Of a stretch of 64,000 bases of DNA, positions 30,691-40,194 are shown in pieces (position 1 is the first letter of the stretch; every line of letters begins with the position of its first letter). The DNA lies in IMG/VR virus record IMGVR_UViG_3300012931_000759, positions 124,001 to 188,000 of that record; one strand, given 5' to 3'. The notes beneath the pieces were generated by a model. The model ran no database searches, had not been told where the DNA came from, and worked only from the letters and a program-made list of their open reading frames with translations. Both the position numbers and the translations under genes were made by a program.

Positions 30691-31698
30691 ATGTCCCAGC
30701 CGATTTCGAAACGTGCCCTGAACAGGCCGCTAGCGGCCCTTGTTCATAAAATACAGCCGCTGGTCAGTGGCATGCTCATGTTCACTAAGAGGGTTGGCGG
30801 CGAGACCGAGGAGAATTTGTCCGCCCAGATGGAGACCATGCGCGGCTACCTCCTAGAGATGGGCTGCCTACTCGAAAAGCACGATTCGTTGGTCTGCCGC
30901 AGTGCCGCAGTTCCCGTCCTGGTGCGACTAGCCGATCAGCTTGACGCTATCGGCGCGCATGCGATGGCTGACGTAGCCGACGAGGCTGCCCAGCTCATCA
31001 AAACCGCCCAGGCATCCCAGGCCCCACAGCAGCAGCTCGCCCAGCAGCAACAGCAACAAACCACACTCCAGCAGCTTGCCGACAGGTTCATCAACATTCA
31101 CACCGAGATGCTCAACGCGACCCGCCTGTTCTCGAATCCGGCCACCATCCCGTCCGGTATGAAACGTCTGCTAGACGCAGCCAGGGAGATGGGTTTGGCT
31201 GCCAACGCGCTGAAACAATCCATCTCCACCACGACCACAACGACTTCTACTCCAATCCCAGCCACCACGTCCGCAGTTCCGGGGGGACCGACCACGGCTG
31301 CTGACGCCGCCAGAGAGCTTGTCGCATTGGCCAACAGGCTGGATGTCGAGGGGAACTACGTGCTCGCCGACTTGGCGGATTGCGCGGCCAAGATGGTGCT
31401 AAAGTTTTCCGACAATCGGGAGCAGGAGGAATCACCGATCAGGCCGGGTCATCTCTCTCCGCTGTCGACGCGCTATTGCCCTGATCACTGTGGCGTACAA
31501 GCTTACAGGGTAGCCGACAGGGTGTTCCAATGTCCTATAGACGGGCGCATGTACGACTACGAGGGCGGGTACGTGGATTACAGCGGACAGAGGGTTCCGG
31601 GTGGCAACATCGCCAACCAGACCCCAACAACGATGCCATACCAGCTGCCACAGCGCTTGTATGACCCGAACCAGTACGTACTGAACACGATGAATTGA
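30691..31698 (+). CDS. Hypothetical putative head protein: PISKRA N-terminus, two LAxxLDxxG tags, Q/T-rich linkers, C-terminal Cys/His domain
   Basis: Motifs visible in the translation. Confidence 0.8.
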   Translation: MSQPISKRALNRPLAALVHKIQPLVSGMLMFTKRVGGETEENLSAQMETMRGYLLEMGCLLEKHDSLVCRSAAVPVLVRLADQLDAIGAHAMADVADEAAQLIKTAQASQAPQQQLAQQQQQQTTLQQLADRFINIHTEMLNATRLFSNPATIPSGMKRLLDAAREMGLAANALKQSISTTTTTTSTPIPATTSAVPGGPTTAADAARELVALANRLDVEGNYVLADLADCAAKMVLKFSDNREQEESPIRPGHLSPLSTRYCPDHCGVQAYRVADRVFQCPIDGRMYDYEGGYVDYSGQRVPGGNIANQTPTTMPYQLPQRLYDPNQYVLNTMN

Positions 31699-31705
31699 GG
31701 AACGC

Positions 31706-32464
31706 ATGGCTTTCCCGAAAATAATGGAGCATCCGGACAAGAATCGGATCGTAAAATGGCTGCTTGAGGGCAAGGGTGTGCGCAGGGTCAGCAAGATGCT
31801 GCGCGAGATGTATCCCGACGACAAGGAGAAGCAGTTGTCGGTGCCTACGCTCCAGGATTTTAGGAAGAAGCACCTCAAGTTGGAGGGTGACGCGCTGGAG
31901 GACGTAAAGAAGGCGAAACGCCAGCATGACGGCGAGAAGACACTACAGAAGGAACACACGCAGGTTAAAAACCTGCCGACCTATAAGCAGAAGCTGAACG
32001 AAGTTGTTGATCTCCATCTCGACATCAAGAGAGGTTTGGTCGGCATGGAGAAACTGATCACAGCGCGGCTTGAGGATTTGTTCGATATGGCGGCCCGTGG
32101 CGAGGCCACGATCGACAAGGAAAAGCTGTTACAGGGCTATTTCGACCGCTATTTCATGATGATAGACAAGTGGGCCAAGTACGTGGACAAGGTGGCTGAC
32201 TTCAAGATCGAGGCAAATGTCAACGTGACGGTCATACAGGATCAGATGGCCGTCCTGAGGCAAGTTGTGTACGAGCTTCTGCGAGAGATGGACCCCGAGC
32301 TGGCCATCGGGTTCCTGGATCGGCTGAATAACCACGTGCGCACCCTGACGTACAGGCCTACCACGCCGTCAAAGGCGGCCTCGCTAGCGACCTTGCGCGA
32401 CGAAATCGCAGCGCTACCGGATGCCCAAATTATTGACGCTCCGGAGGGATACGATGCCGACTAG
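31706..32464 (+). CDS. Hypothetical helical protein with N-terminal HTH-like segment (possible terminase small subunit)
   Basis: IVKWLLEGKGVRRVSKML..LSVPTL HTH-like pattern; function inferred only from context. Confidence 0.65.
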   Translation: MAFPKIMEHPDKNRIVKWLLEGKGVRRVSKMLREMYPDDKEKQLSVPTLQDFRKKHLKLEGDALEDVKKAKRQHDGEKTLQKEHTQVKNLPTYKQKLNEVVDLHLDIKRGLVGMEKLITARLEDLFDMAARGEATIDKEKLLQGYFDRYFMMIDKWAKYVDKVADFKIEANVNVTVIQDQMAVLRQVVYELLREMDPELAIGFLDRLNNHVRTLTYRPTTPSKAASLATLRDEIAALPDAQIIDAPEGYDAD

Positions 32465-34055
32465 CTATGTCGACGACATGATGGGCGACATTTCCGGAGA
32501 CGGGATGGACGACGAGTTGCGGCAGCTAGCCGACGACGACGAGACTATGCTTGGTCGGCTTGGCGTCGGGGACGAACGCGAGCGTAACCTGGCTTTCTAT
32601 CTGGATCATTTTCTCGACGAGTTCTGCGCCGAGATGGGCATGCCAGTTCCGGACGACAGGCGGGCCGTTGTGGCTGCCGCTTTCTCCGACCTGCGAGGCG
32701 GAGCCAATGTCGGACTTGCGGACATCAGGAGCGCTCTGTACCGCGCGATGGGCGGGAAACGGTCCGTGAAAAGGGCTTATCCGAATGTCACCGGAATCAT
32801 GGAGGCGAACGTCAAGCCGCAGCGTGATGTTTCGAAGTGGGTCAGGACGCTCGGCGACATTCGCGCAGCAGAGCGCATTGGGGAGGGTGGTGACGGGGTC
32901 AAGAGAAGACTTACCGAGGAGTGGGATCCTGTGGAGAAACAGGACTTCGAGCAGTGGCTCCGCTTCTACGAGCGGGGCGATCATGAGAAATACGCCGGCA
33001 TTGAGTCAGAGGTTGCGTCTCCTATTCCAGCCGGGCAGGCCTCCCCGGTTACTCAGCATCCAGTAGTCGGCCCTCGGCGCGGTCGCCCCAAGGCGGATAC
33101 TCGCACACTAGCCGACAACCAGAAGGCCCTGATTGGGAGGCTCGATGCCGCCAAACGCCTCCTGCGTCTCTTTAGGCCGCCTATTTGGCCGCAGGAGCGC
33201 TGGTATAGCATCTACCGGGCGCTGTCGGATCTTGAGCAAGAGATTGTCAGTTTGCGCACCACAGCATCGATGCGCGATAGGATCATCAGAACCGCTGGAC
33301 TGTTGACAAGGGCTGGTTTCCGGGAGGGTGCTGATGTGCTGCTTAAGGTTGCACAGCCCCCGGACGAGGATGTGGCGAGCCAGATCGAGAAGGCGTTGAC
33401 TGGTCGCGAGTACGACATCAAGTCGCCCGGTGGCTCAGCTGAACTCCCTGGCGGGATGTCGGATATTCCGTCCACGCCCGCTCCAGAGGCGGGAGGAACA
33501 ATCCCGGTCCCTCCGGAAAGCGAATCTGCGCCTCCAGCGTCGCCAGAAGGCATGCCGCCGGAGGCCATGGGGAAACTGCCGGAACCGCCGCCACCCCCTG
33601 AGCCCGAGGCCGAAGCCGAAAAGCCTAAGCCCAAAAAGGATGAGAACCCCTACGCCGGGGCCACCACTAAGGATATCCTTGAAGTTCTTGAGCCGCTCAT
33701 GAAGAGGTTTAAGGAGCGGGAGATTGTTAGGCAGCTGTCCAAGGCGGACATGATGATGGATGCCTTGAACATCGTCTCCTATTTCCCGGAACTTGGGGAG
33801 GCCATCGGCCGCCTGATCGAGACGGACTCGTATGTTGGCACGCGGCTGGAGAAAGTCATCGGCAAGCTGCGAGGAGGCCTGAAAGAGGAGGAGGGAAAGG
33901 GCAAGAAAAAACCAGAGCCTCCTAGCATCGAGATGGGTCCGCCGCCCGAGGAGGTTGCTACCGAGGTATCCGAGAAGCCGACCGAGGAGACGGCGGTGGA
34001 GGTTGGCGAGCGTCCGACTGCGGCCCCTGAAGCGCCTGCGGCGCCTGGAGTGTGA
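32454..34055 (+). CDS. Hypothetical putative head protein with Pro/Glu-rich linkers and one helical tag
   Basis: GGAGG before ATG 32454; IIRTAGLLTRAGFREGADVLLKVA. Confidence 0.8.
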   Translation: MPTSYVDDMMGDISGDGMDDELRQLADDDETMLGRLGVGDERERNLAFYLDHFLDEFCAEMGMPVPDDRRAVVAAAFSDLRGGANVGLADIRSALYRAMGGKRSVKRAYPNVTGIMEANVKPQRDVSKWVRTLGDIRAAERIGEGGDGVKRRLTEEWDPVEKQDFEQWLRFYERGDHEKYAGIESEVASPIPAGQASPVTQHPVVGPRRGRPKADTRTLADNQKALIGRLDAAKRLLRLFRPPIWPQERWYSIYRALSDLEQEIVSLRTTASMRDRIIRTAGLLTRAGFREGADVLLKVAQPPDEDVASQIEKALTGREYDIKSPGGSAELPGGMSDIPSTPAPEAGGTIPVPPESESAPPASPEGMPPEAMGKLPEPPPPPEPEAEAEKPKPKKDENPYAGATTKDILEVLEPLMKRFKEREIVRQLSKADMMMDALNIVSYFPELGEAIGRLIETDSYVGTRLEKVIGKLRGGLKEEEGKGKKKPEPPSIEMGPPPEEVATEVSEKPTEETAVEVGERPTAAPEAPAAPGV

Positions 34056-34058
34056 GAT

Positions 34059-34829
34059 ATGAGACTCGAGGAGCTGCTCGGCATTCTTGGCCACCTGGCG
34101 GAGACGGCCGATCTGTCGGAACCCTTTCTGGTCGGGGGATTCCCGAGAGATAGGCGACTCGGAAAGCTGCCAACGCAGGTCGAGGATATCGACCTGACGA
34201 CTGGAGACAAGGATAGCCTGGCGTTGGCCCTGCTGGCTAGCAGACAGTGGCAGGACGCGGCGTTCCGCTCGTACGACGACGGGCACGTGTCCTTGTCTTT
34301 TAAGAACATCAGGATGGATTTTTCGAACCATTTTGTCCTACCTGGCATCGATGCCGAACTGGTCAAGAGGGGAATCACGGAGCCCACGAACCTACAGCGC
34401 GAAATGTTCTCCAGGGATTTCACGGTGAACACGCTTCTACAGCCCATGAATCTATCGCGCGAGCCCGGCGATCCTACAGGAATGGGCCTGGCCGACTTGG
34501 AGGCAAAGCTGCTGCGGACGCCGGTCGATCCGGATCTGACGATAGGCCACGACTCGAGACGGATCCTGCGCGCTCTAAAGCTGTCGCTGCGGCTGGGATT
34601 CAGGATAGATGAAGACCTCGGGAAAGCAATGTTGAAGTATCGCGGGGCGGTCGGCCAGCTGTCCGCCGGGCATGTGCGCCGCCAAGTACACCAGATGTTC
34701 CATCTGGATTCGAGAAAGGCTATTGAACTGCTGTCGGAGTACAAGTTGCTTCCGATTATCCCGCTCAGCAGGTTGATGGCTATGGAGATGGCCAAGCACC
34801 GCATGATCCAGCACCTGCTGGATTCATGA
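34059..34829 (+). CDS. Class II nucleotidyltransferase (CCA-adding / poly(A) polymerase family), compact, no HD domain
   Basis: FLVGGFPRD..DIDL, RDFTVN, D..RILRA. Confidence 0.88.
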   Translation: MRLEELLGILGHLAETADLSEPFLVGGFPRDRRLGKLPTQVEDIDLTTGDKDSLALALLASRQWQDAAFRSYDDGHVSLSFKNIRMDFSNHFVLPGIDAELVKRGITEPTNLQREMFSRDFTVNTLLQPMNLSREPGDPTGMGLADLEAKLLRTPVDPDLTIGHDSRRILRALKLSLRLGFRIDEDLGKAMLKYRGAVGQLSAGHVRRQVHQMFHLDSRKAIELLSEYKLLPIIPLSRLMAMEMAKHRMIQHLLDS

Positions 34830-34885
34830 GATTAATGGTGGTTAGCAATACAAATACAAATACAAAGAGAGAGAGGACATTACTG

Positions 34886-35557
34886 ATGGAGACCACCACT
34901 ACGACACCCTCTGAGGACAAAGATAAGAAAAAGGCTTCCCCGCTGGATCGTCTGCTTCGCTTGGCGACTGTCATGGAGGATGCTGGCGCGGACACGGTGG
35001 CTTTTGATTGTCAACTTGATCTCTACCTACAACGCGGCATCCAACGCAGGGCTCACGTGGTGCCTAGCAAAGAGACGAACACGCCTCCCATGTGGAGAAA
35101 GAACATGGACTACGCGCCGAAGGAGGAATCATCCTATTTCGGCAGTGTATCAGAGTTCATGAAGCGATTTCCTGGTGGAATCGCCGAGTGGAAGAAGTGG
35201 CGTGGAAAGACCCGTAAGCAGCGCGAGCGCAAGTGGCGCATTGCGTCCCTGATGCCAGGAACACAGGACGACGGCCTGGACGCTTTCCTTATGGAAGCGT
35301 GGAAGCAGGAAGAGAAGCCAGAACTGGCGCTGGCCCATTTTGTGCCCGAGGGCGGGGACGACGTTGACAAACTTGGCGGCAAAGAGCCGAAACTTTGGTC
35401 CGACGACCCCAAATGGAAGAGCATCGGGGAGTTCTTGGAGGCGCACAGCGAGCATTTCGGCCAGGACGCTGACGATGCGGCCCTTAGGGCCGCGCGTGAC
35501 TTTGTGAAGTACTGGAAGCTCACAACTAAGAAGTCCAAGGGGTCGAAGGGTAAATGA
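34886..35557 (+). CDS. Hypothetical protein with degenerate helical tag
   Basis: GAGG before ATG 34886; LLRLATVMEDAG. Confidence 0.7.
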   Translation: METTTTTPSEDKDKKKASPLDRLLRLATVMEDAGADTVAFDCQLDLYLQRGIQRRAHVVPSKETNTPPMWRKNMDYAPKEESSYFGSVSEFMKRFPGGIAEWKKWRGKTRKQRERKWRIASLMPGTQDDGLDAFLMEAWKQEEKPELALAHFVPEGGDDVDKLGGKEPKLWSDDPKWKSIGEFLEAHSEHFGQDADDAALRAARDFVKYWKLTTKKSKGSKGK

Positions 35558-36186
35558 AAAAGACCTGTTGGATACGCGGTGAGGATAAGGTGAAACGGTG
35601 CCCGTTCGGGCTGCCGATCACCCTTGCCTGTAAAAACGCGGGCGAGTCTGTCACGCACATGTGCCCGCTGGAGGGTCTGTCAGAGGGGAACGGCGGGCGG
35701 ATTGCACTGGCTAACAAGAGGGTGTACATATACCACAAGAGCGGCCAACGATGTTTGTATGCTGTGAATGTTATGGACGAGGCCCAGGCAGTGAACTGTG
35801 ATTTCGGGGACGCTGGCGCCGGAATGGGCGGGACCCCCTTTGCGGGCAGCCCGTTGTACACCCAGACCTTCAGCGGCATCGGCCTGGACGGCCTGTATGC
35901 GTTCCCGATGGGCTTCTATGCCGACAACAACGAGTCGCGTAACCTATTCCAAGGATTGTTCTCACTGTTGGGTGCGGCAGCCCCGACCATAGTCAAGATG
36001 GCCATTGAGGAGGGCGACGCAGGCCTTTGGGCGAAACTCAGGGAAGGCGAACCGCTCACGGGTGAGGAGAAAGCGCGGTTGGAGGGCATCATCGAGAACT
36101 GCCGTCGAGAGTTCGAGGCGGCGCGCACTGATCCAGCTAAGGCCAGGGAGCTTGTTGATAAATTCAATCCCCGGCTAGGCTTGTGA
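35554..36186 (+). CDS. Cys-rich hypothetical protein
   Basis: CW..CPFGLPI..AC..CP..C..C pattern; ATGA overlap. Confidence 0.75.
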   Translation: MKKTCWIRGEDKVKRCPFGLPITLACKNAGESVTHMCPLEGLSEGNGGRIALANKRVYIYHKSGQRCLYAVNVMDEAQAVNCDFGDAGAGMGGTPFAGSPLYTQTFSGIGLDGLYAFPMGFYADNNESRNLFQGLFSLLGAAAPTIVKMAIEEGDAGLWAKLREGEPLTGEEKARLEGIIENCRREFEAARTDPAKARELVDKFNPRLGL

Positions 36187-36195
36187 AATCGCGAG

Positions 36196-36549
36196 GTGTA
36201 TCTCATGGAGTTGACTAGCAGCGCGTTGACGGCGGCCCTTGTGGGCGTAATCGTCGTCCTGACCAAGGTGATCGAGTGGCTTATGAATCGCAGCGGGAAC
36301 GGGAAAACTAAGGCGGGCAAGGAGTTCAATGGTCACGGAGATACCCTGACGAGGGTTGAGGCAAAACTCGACATGGTCGCCAGTGGTTTACAGGAGATGA
36401 GGCAAGGTCGGGCGCTGATGGTGGAGCACATGGCCAGCGTGGCAAGTGGCCAAGAGCACATCATCGAGCGCCTCGGTGACGTGGCACGTGGGGTGGAGAG
36501 GGTCGCAGATAATGTCGCCGAACTGAGAAGCGATATCAAGCACCGGTAG
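36196..36549 (+). CDS. Small single-TM protein with coiled coil (holin-like architecture)
   Basis: N-terminal hydrophobic helix ALTAALVGVIVVLTKVIEWL, then heptad repeats. Confidence 0.6.
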   Translation: MYLMELTSSALTAALVGVIVVLTKVIEWLMNRSGNGKTKAGKEFNGHGDTLTRVEAKLDMVASGLQEMRQGRALMVEHMASVASGQEHIIERLGDVARGVERVADNVAELRSDIKHR

Positions 36550-36568
36550 AACCGACGGAGGGTACAAC

Positions 36569-37477
36569 ATGGCCACGAATGAGGAAGCGATTATCGCGGT
36601 GTCCGAGACGAGCACCGTCACGGCCGAGGGCGACACCATTGTTGTCAAGGAGGCCTTTGGCGAAATGCCGAGTCAGGTCATGCCGCCCGCGCCGGAGCCG
36701 ATGCCAGCTCCGTCACCAGAGCCACAGCCTCCCGATATGGGCGACAATGGAGGGGCGCGGGCTCCGGCGGACAAGCTAAAGGGATGGATGGATTCTCAGG
36801 AAGCCAAGGATTTCGTGCCATTCCTTGTCGGAGAGATGAAGCGCATCAAACAACCTGGTGCGTGCGCCAGGAATCGCAACGAGGCTGAACGTGCCCTTGG
36901 GCAGTCCAAGAAGTTGGATGCCTATGTCTCCAAGGCGCTGCGCGAGGACTGGGCCGATGATATCCCAATCGGAGATGTCGATCGCATGCGGCAGCAGCTG
37001 GAACAGAATATTGAAGCGTTCGAGCGCATGCTGGAAGCACACCACGAGATGAAGAGGCAGCGTAGGCAGGTGCGCAGGCACCGTCGCGCCTCAGATGATT
37101 CCGTGTGTCCAAAATGCGCCGTCCCGCTGTGGAATGACGATGGGAGTGCGGTCTGCCTTGCCTGTGGTGGTGACAGTCTGAGGAAGGAGGCTGGCACGCC
37201 GCATTTCGAAGGGCTCCAGTACCAGATCAGCGCTTTCGAGCGTGCCCTGGTGGGGACGCTTATCAACGCCGTGGTTGCGGGTGGCCGCGATATGGAGGAG
37301 CTGTTTAAGAAGCTGGAGAAAAAGTATAAGCTTGACCCCCGCGAGCGGCTGGCGGTCCAACAGATTCTGGCCGACATGGGGTATCCTGTGTTCAAGGACC
37401 GCGCCCGTATCGATGAGGACGAGGATCCGACCGACCCCGACGAGCCGCGCGAATGGCAGTCGCAGTACTATGCGTGA
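36569..37477 (+). CDS. Hypothetical protein with internal zinc ribbon
   Basis: CPKC..CLAC flanked by RRRA and RKEA; GGAGG upstream. Confidence 0.78.
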   Translation: MATNEEAIIAVSETSTVTAEGDTIVVKEAFGEMPSQVMPPAPEPMPAPSPEPQPPDMGDNGGARAPADKLKGWMDSQEAKDFVPFLVGEMKRIKQPGACARNRNEAERALGQSKKLDAYVSKALREDWADDIPIGDVDRMRQQLEQNIEAFERMLEAHHEMKRQRRQVRRHRRASDDSVCPKCAVPLWNDDGSAVCLACGGDSLRKEAGTPHFEGLQYQISAFERALVGTLINAVVAGGRDMEELFKKLEKKYKLDPRERLAVQQILADMGYPVFKDRARIDEDEDPTDPDEPREWQSQYYA

Positions 37478-37487
37478 GGTGGGAGAT

Positions 37488-38168
37488 ATGGTTTTCGGCA
37501 GGGAATACGAGATAGCCAGACCGTCTGCCGTACCGGAGTGGCTGCGCGAGTTTGCTGAAAGCGCGTTACGCCGATCGGCCGACGGCTCGAATCCGTTCCA
37601 GGAACTTAAGAGCTTATTCCAGAGGAATAAGGATCTTGGCGCCATCGAGGAGCGTGTCCGCGAATTGAAGGACCGGATCGGCTTGAGTTTACTTGCGGGA
37701 CACGAGGCCGACCATCCCCCTGTTAAGACGGCCTCTGTAGCTTTCCGGCCGGACATGGCGAGGTTGGTTCGCTTGGCCAATTGGCTCGACAAGTGTGGTC
37801 TCGAAAACGAGGCGCGGGACGTGGATAATATGATCTGCGTGCGGGCCGCCCAGGCAAAGGCAGACGGTGTGTTTGCCAAATACCCTAAACTGAAGTCTTT
37901 CTTGGACAATGTGATCCGGTCGCGCGGTGGCCACGTGACGGTGCCCGCCCTCCTAAAGATGGTGAGGGACGAACGTCCCGATGAGAGTGTGGCGGCCTCC
38001 GACGAGTCGCTGAGGGAGTACGTGGAGAGCATGATCCGCAGCGAGAAGCGCGAGGTGGGCGACGCCAGCGACAGCCTTGCTGGTTTTGGTGTGGGGCTCT
38101 CCGTGCCCGAGGTTGATCTCCAGGAAGACAACAAAATGTTCGAGCCAGCAAAACCAGCCAACAGATAG
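37488..38168 (+). CDS. Hypothetical protein with helical tag
   Basis: GAGGTGGGA before ATG 37488; VKTA then LVRLANWLDKCGLENEARDVD. Confidence 0.75.
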   Translation: MVFGREYEIARPSAVPEWLREFAESALRRSADGSNPFQELKSLFQRNKDLGAIEERVRELKDRIGLSLLAGHEADHPPVKTASVAFRPDMARLVRLANWLDKCGLENEARDVDNMICVRAAQAKADGVFAKYPKLKSFLDNVIRSRGGHVTVPALLKMVRDERPDESVAASDESLREYVESMIRSEKREVGDASDSLAGFGVGLSVPEVDLQEDNKMFEPAKPANR

Positions 38169-38171
38169 CCG

Positions 38172-38348
38172 ATGATAGTGCCGAACACGCGGCGCCTAAA
38201 ACGCTTCGCGGTGATATACAAGGGAAGATCTTGCGGCCCGACCACGTCGTGGCCGCAAACCATTTGGTTTGATAAGGAGGAGGAGTACGATGAGGCGGTT
38301 CGCAAGCTGAAGACGCTGGTCGTGGATCTGAATGCCAATGCCGATTAG
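38172..38348 (+). CDS. Small 58-aa hypothetical protein (below the ORF-track cutoff)
   Basis: ATG 38172 to TAG 38348 fills the gap before the terminase (MIVPNTRRLKRF...). Confidence 0.4.
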   Translation: MIVPNTRRLKRFAVIYKGRSCGPTTSWPQTIWFDKEEEYDEAVRKLKTLVVDLNANAD

Positions 38349-40182
38349 GACAATTAACACCAGCCGTTGGGCTCCGGAGAACAGCTTCGAAGAGCTGAAG
38401 GCCGAACTGATGAAAGTCGATCCGGTCTATTTCGCCGAGTCATACCTGACGCTCGACGGAAATCCGATGAAGCTGACGGGCAATGGATGGAAGTTCATCG
38501 CCGACATCTACCGCTACATCATGTCCAAGGCGGTGTCGCCCGACGGCAAACCGATCGTCATCGTCAAGGGTCGCCAGGTCGGCGCCACAACGATGGCCTC
38601 GGCGCTGGAATTACACATGGTCGCCAGTGGTGTGTTTGGGCAGGGCGGAGCCAGGCCTATCCGCGTCATGCATGCTTTCCCACAGTTGGAGCTGATGCAT
38701 GCCTTCTCCAAGGACAAGCTGGAGAAAATGGTTCGTGAGTCGGCGATGGTTCCGGATCCGGATGATCCGCGGCACCAGATGAGGCCTTTCGTCGAGACTA
38801 TGAAAGATGCCTCGCGTGAGGCTTCCGACAGCCTGACCTACAAACAGTTCAAGCACGGCAACACCCTGTGGTGTGATTCCATAGGAAATGAGGGGGTTAG
38901 GGTGCGCGGCCGTACCATCGATGCCATCTTTTTCGACGAGGCCCAGCTCATGACGAAGCAGGCGGTCGACACGGCGGTCAAGTGTACCACGCGAGCCCAG
39001 TATGGTCCACAGCCTGGCGGCATCCAGGTCTACTTCGGCACCCCGGAGCATAAGAACTCTCACTTCTACGAAATGTGGGAAAACTCCGACCAACGCCGGT
39101 ATTACCTCGGCTGCGCTGAATGCCACCGCTACTTCCTTCTATACACTCCTGGCTCCGATAAGTGGGAGAAGGACATCTGGCTATACGAGAATGTGGTGAA
39201 ATGTCCTAACTGCGGTCACGAGCAGGACAAGGTAGAAGCAATCGAGCGCGGCAAATGGCTCCCTGCCCCCGGTAAAGAGGACGCTAAGATCGTCGGTTTC
39301 CACTTCAACCAACTCTTTATTCCGGAGTTTACGAAGGAAAAGATCCTCAATGAGAGCCCGGCGTATAACCCGATGAAGAGGGAGGTGGACTGGAACAATG
39401 AGGTGCTTGGCGAGTTTCACACGGGAACCGGCCTACCAATCACCCGCGAGGAGATCTATAAAACCTGCCGGGACCCTATGCGCACGATGGCCAAGCATAT
39501 CACCAAAGACGAGCGAAAGATGGTGTACATGGGTATCGACTGGGGAGGTAAGCCGGATATCGACGACGTAAAGACCCGTGGACAGTCCTTCTCCTGCGCA
39601 GTTGTGATCTCGGTAGAACACGACGGCCGGGTGTTGATAGAGTTCGCCCAGAAGTTAAAGAAGCTAGACCTACAGTCCAAGATGCAGTTTGTCGAGGAAA
39701 TGATGCGCCTGTACAACGTGCGGATGGTCGGGGCGGACATTGGGTATGCCGAGGACATTTCGGGTGAACTGAAAGCACGCCTAGGCGACCGCTTCAAGAC
39801 AGTGCGGAACTCCGCCCAGGTTCTCAGTGGCACCAAGTACCGGGAGGACGAGTTGGAGATCGTCATTGACAAGGATAAGTGGATTGGCGATATGTTCAAT
39901 CTGCTGCGTCGCGGCGGCGTTCGTTTCCCGTGGGGAAGCTACGAGCGCGTGGCCTGGCTGGTAGACCATTGCTGCTCCATGGAGAGCAAGCAGACCATCC
40001 GCGCGGGCATGCCGCATACCATGTTTGTCAAGGGGAAAACACACAACGACGGGCTGATGGCGCTCATTTACGCCTATGTCGCATACAAGTTCGAGCAGAC
40101 GCATGGCTTCAAGGCCACGCCTGGCAATGCGGTCGCGAAGTCGGTGAAGCCGGTCCTGGCGTTCGTTCCGCGCATGAGATGA
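38332..40182 (+). CDS. terL: Terminase large subunit (lambda GpA-like, with Zn-binding cysteines)
   Basis: IVKGRQVGAT Walker A, IFFDE Walker B, GTP coupling motif, CAEC/CPNC, GFHFNQL, MGIDWG nuclease motif. Confidence 0.9.
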   Translation: MPMPIRTINTSRWAPENSFEELKAELMKVDPVYFAESYLTLDGNPMKLTGNGWKFIADIYRYIMSKAVSPDGKPIVIVKGRQVGATTMASALELHMVASGVFGQGGARPIRVMHAFPQLELMHAFSKDKLEKMVRESAMVPDPDDPRHQMRPFVETMKDASREASDSLTYKQFKHGNTLWCDSIGNEGVRVRGRTIDAIFFDEAQLMTKQAVDTAVKCTTRAQYGPQPGGIQVYFGTPEHKNSHFYEMWENSDQRRYYLGCAECHRYFLLYTPGSDKWEKDIWLYENVVKCPNCGHEQDKVEAIERGKWLPAPGKEDAKIVGFHFNQLFIPEFTKEKILNESPAYNPMKREVDWNNEVLGEFHTGTGLPITREEIYKTCRDPMRTMAKHITKDERKMVYMGIDWGGKPDIDDVKTRGQSFSCAVVISVEHDGRVLIEFAQKLKKLDLQSKMQFVEEMMRLYNVRMVGADIGYAEDISGELKARLGDRFKTVRNSAQVLSGTKYREDELEIVIDKDKWIGDMFNLLRRGGVRFPWGSYERVAWLVDHCCSMESKQTIRAGMPHTMFVKGKTHNDGLMALIYAYVAYKFEQTHGFKATPGNAVAKSVKPVLAFVPRMR

Positions 40183-40194
40183 TAAGGAGAATTC

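Noticed and set aside
30670-30692. GTTCGAGCC resembling a tRNA T-loop
   Set aside because: I could not build a cloverleaf around it; no tRNA was recognised anywhere in the window.
31459-31476. PLSTRY (and PLSMRQ at ~45875) as further PLSKRA-type motifs
   Set aside because: They lack the basic residue and the terminal small residue, and appear to lie within domains, so they were not counted.
34846-34876. (AATACA)x3 plus (GA)n microrepeat
   Set aside because: Too short to assign a function; probably an unstructured leader before the SD of 34886.
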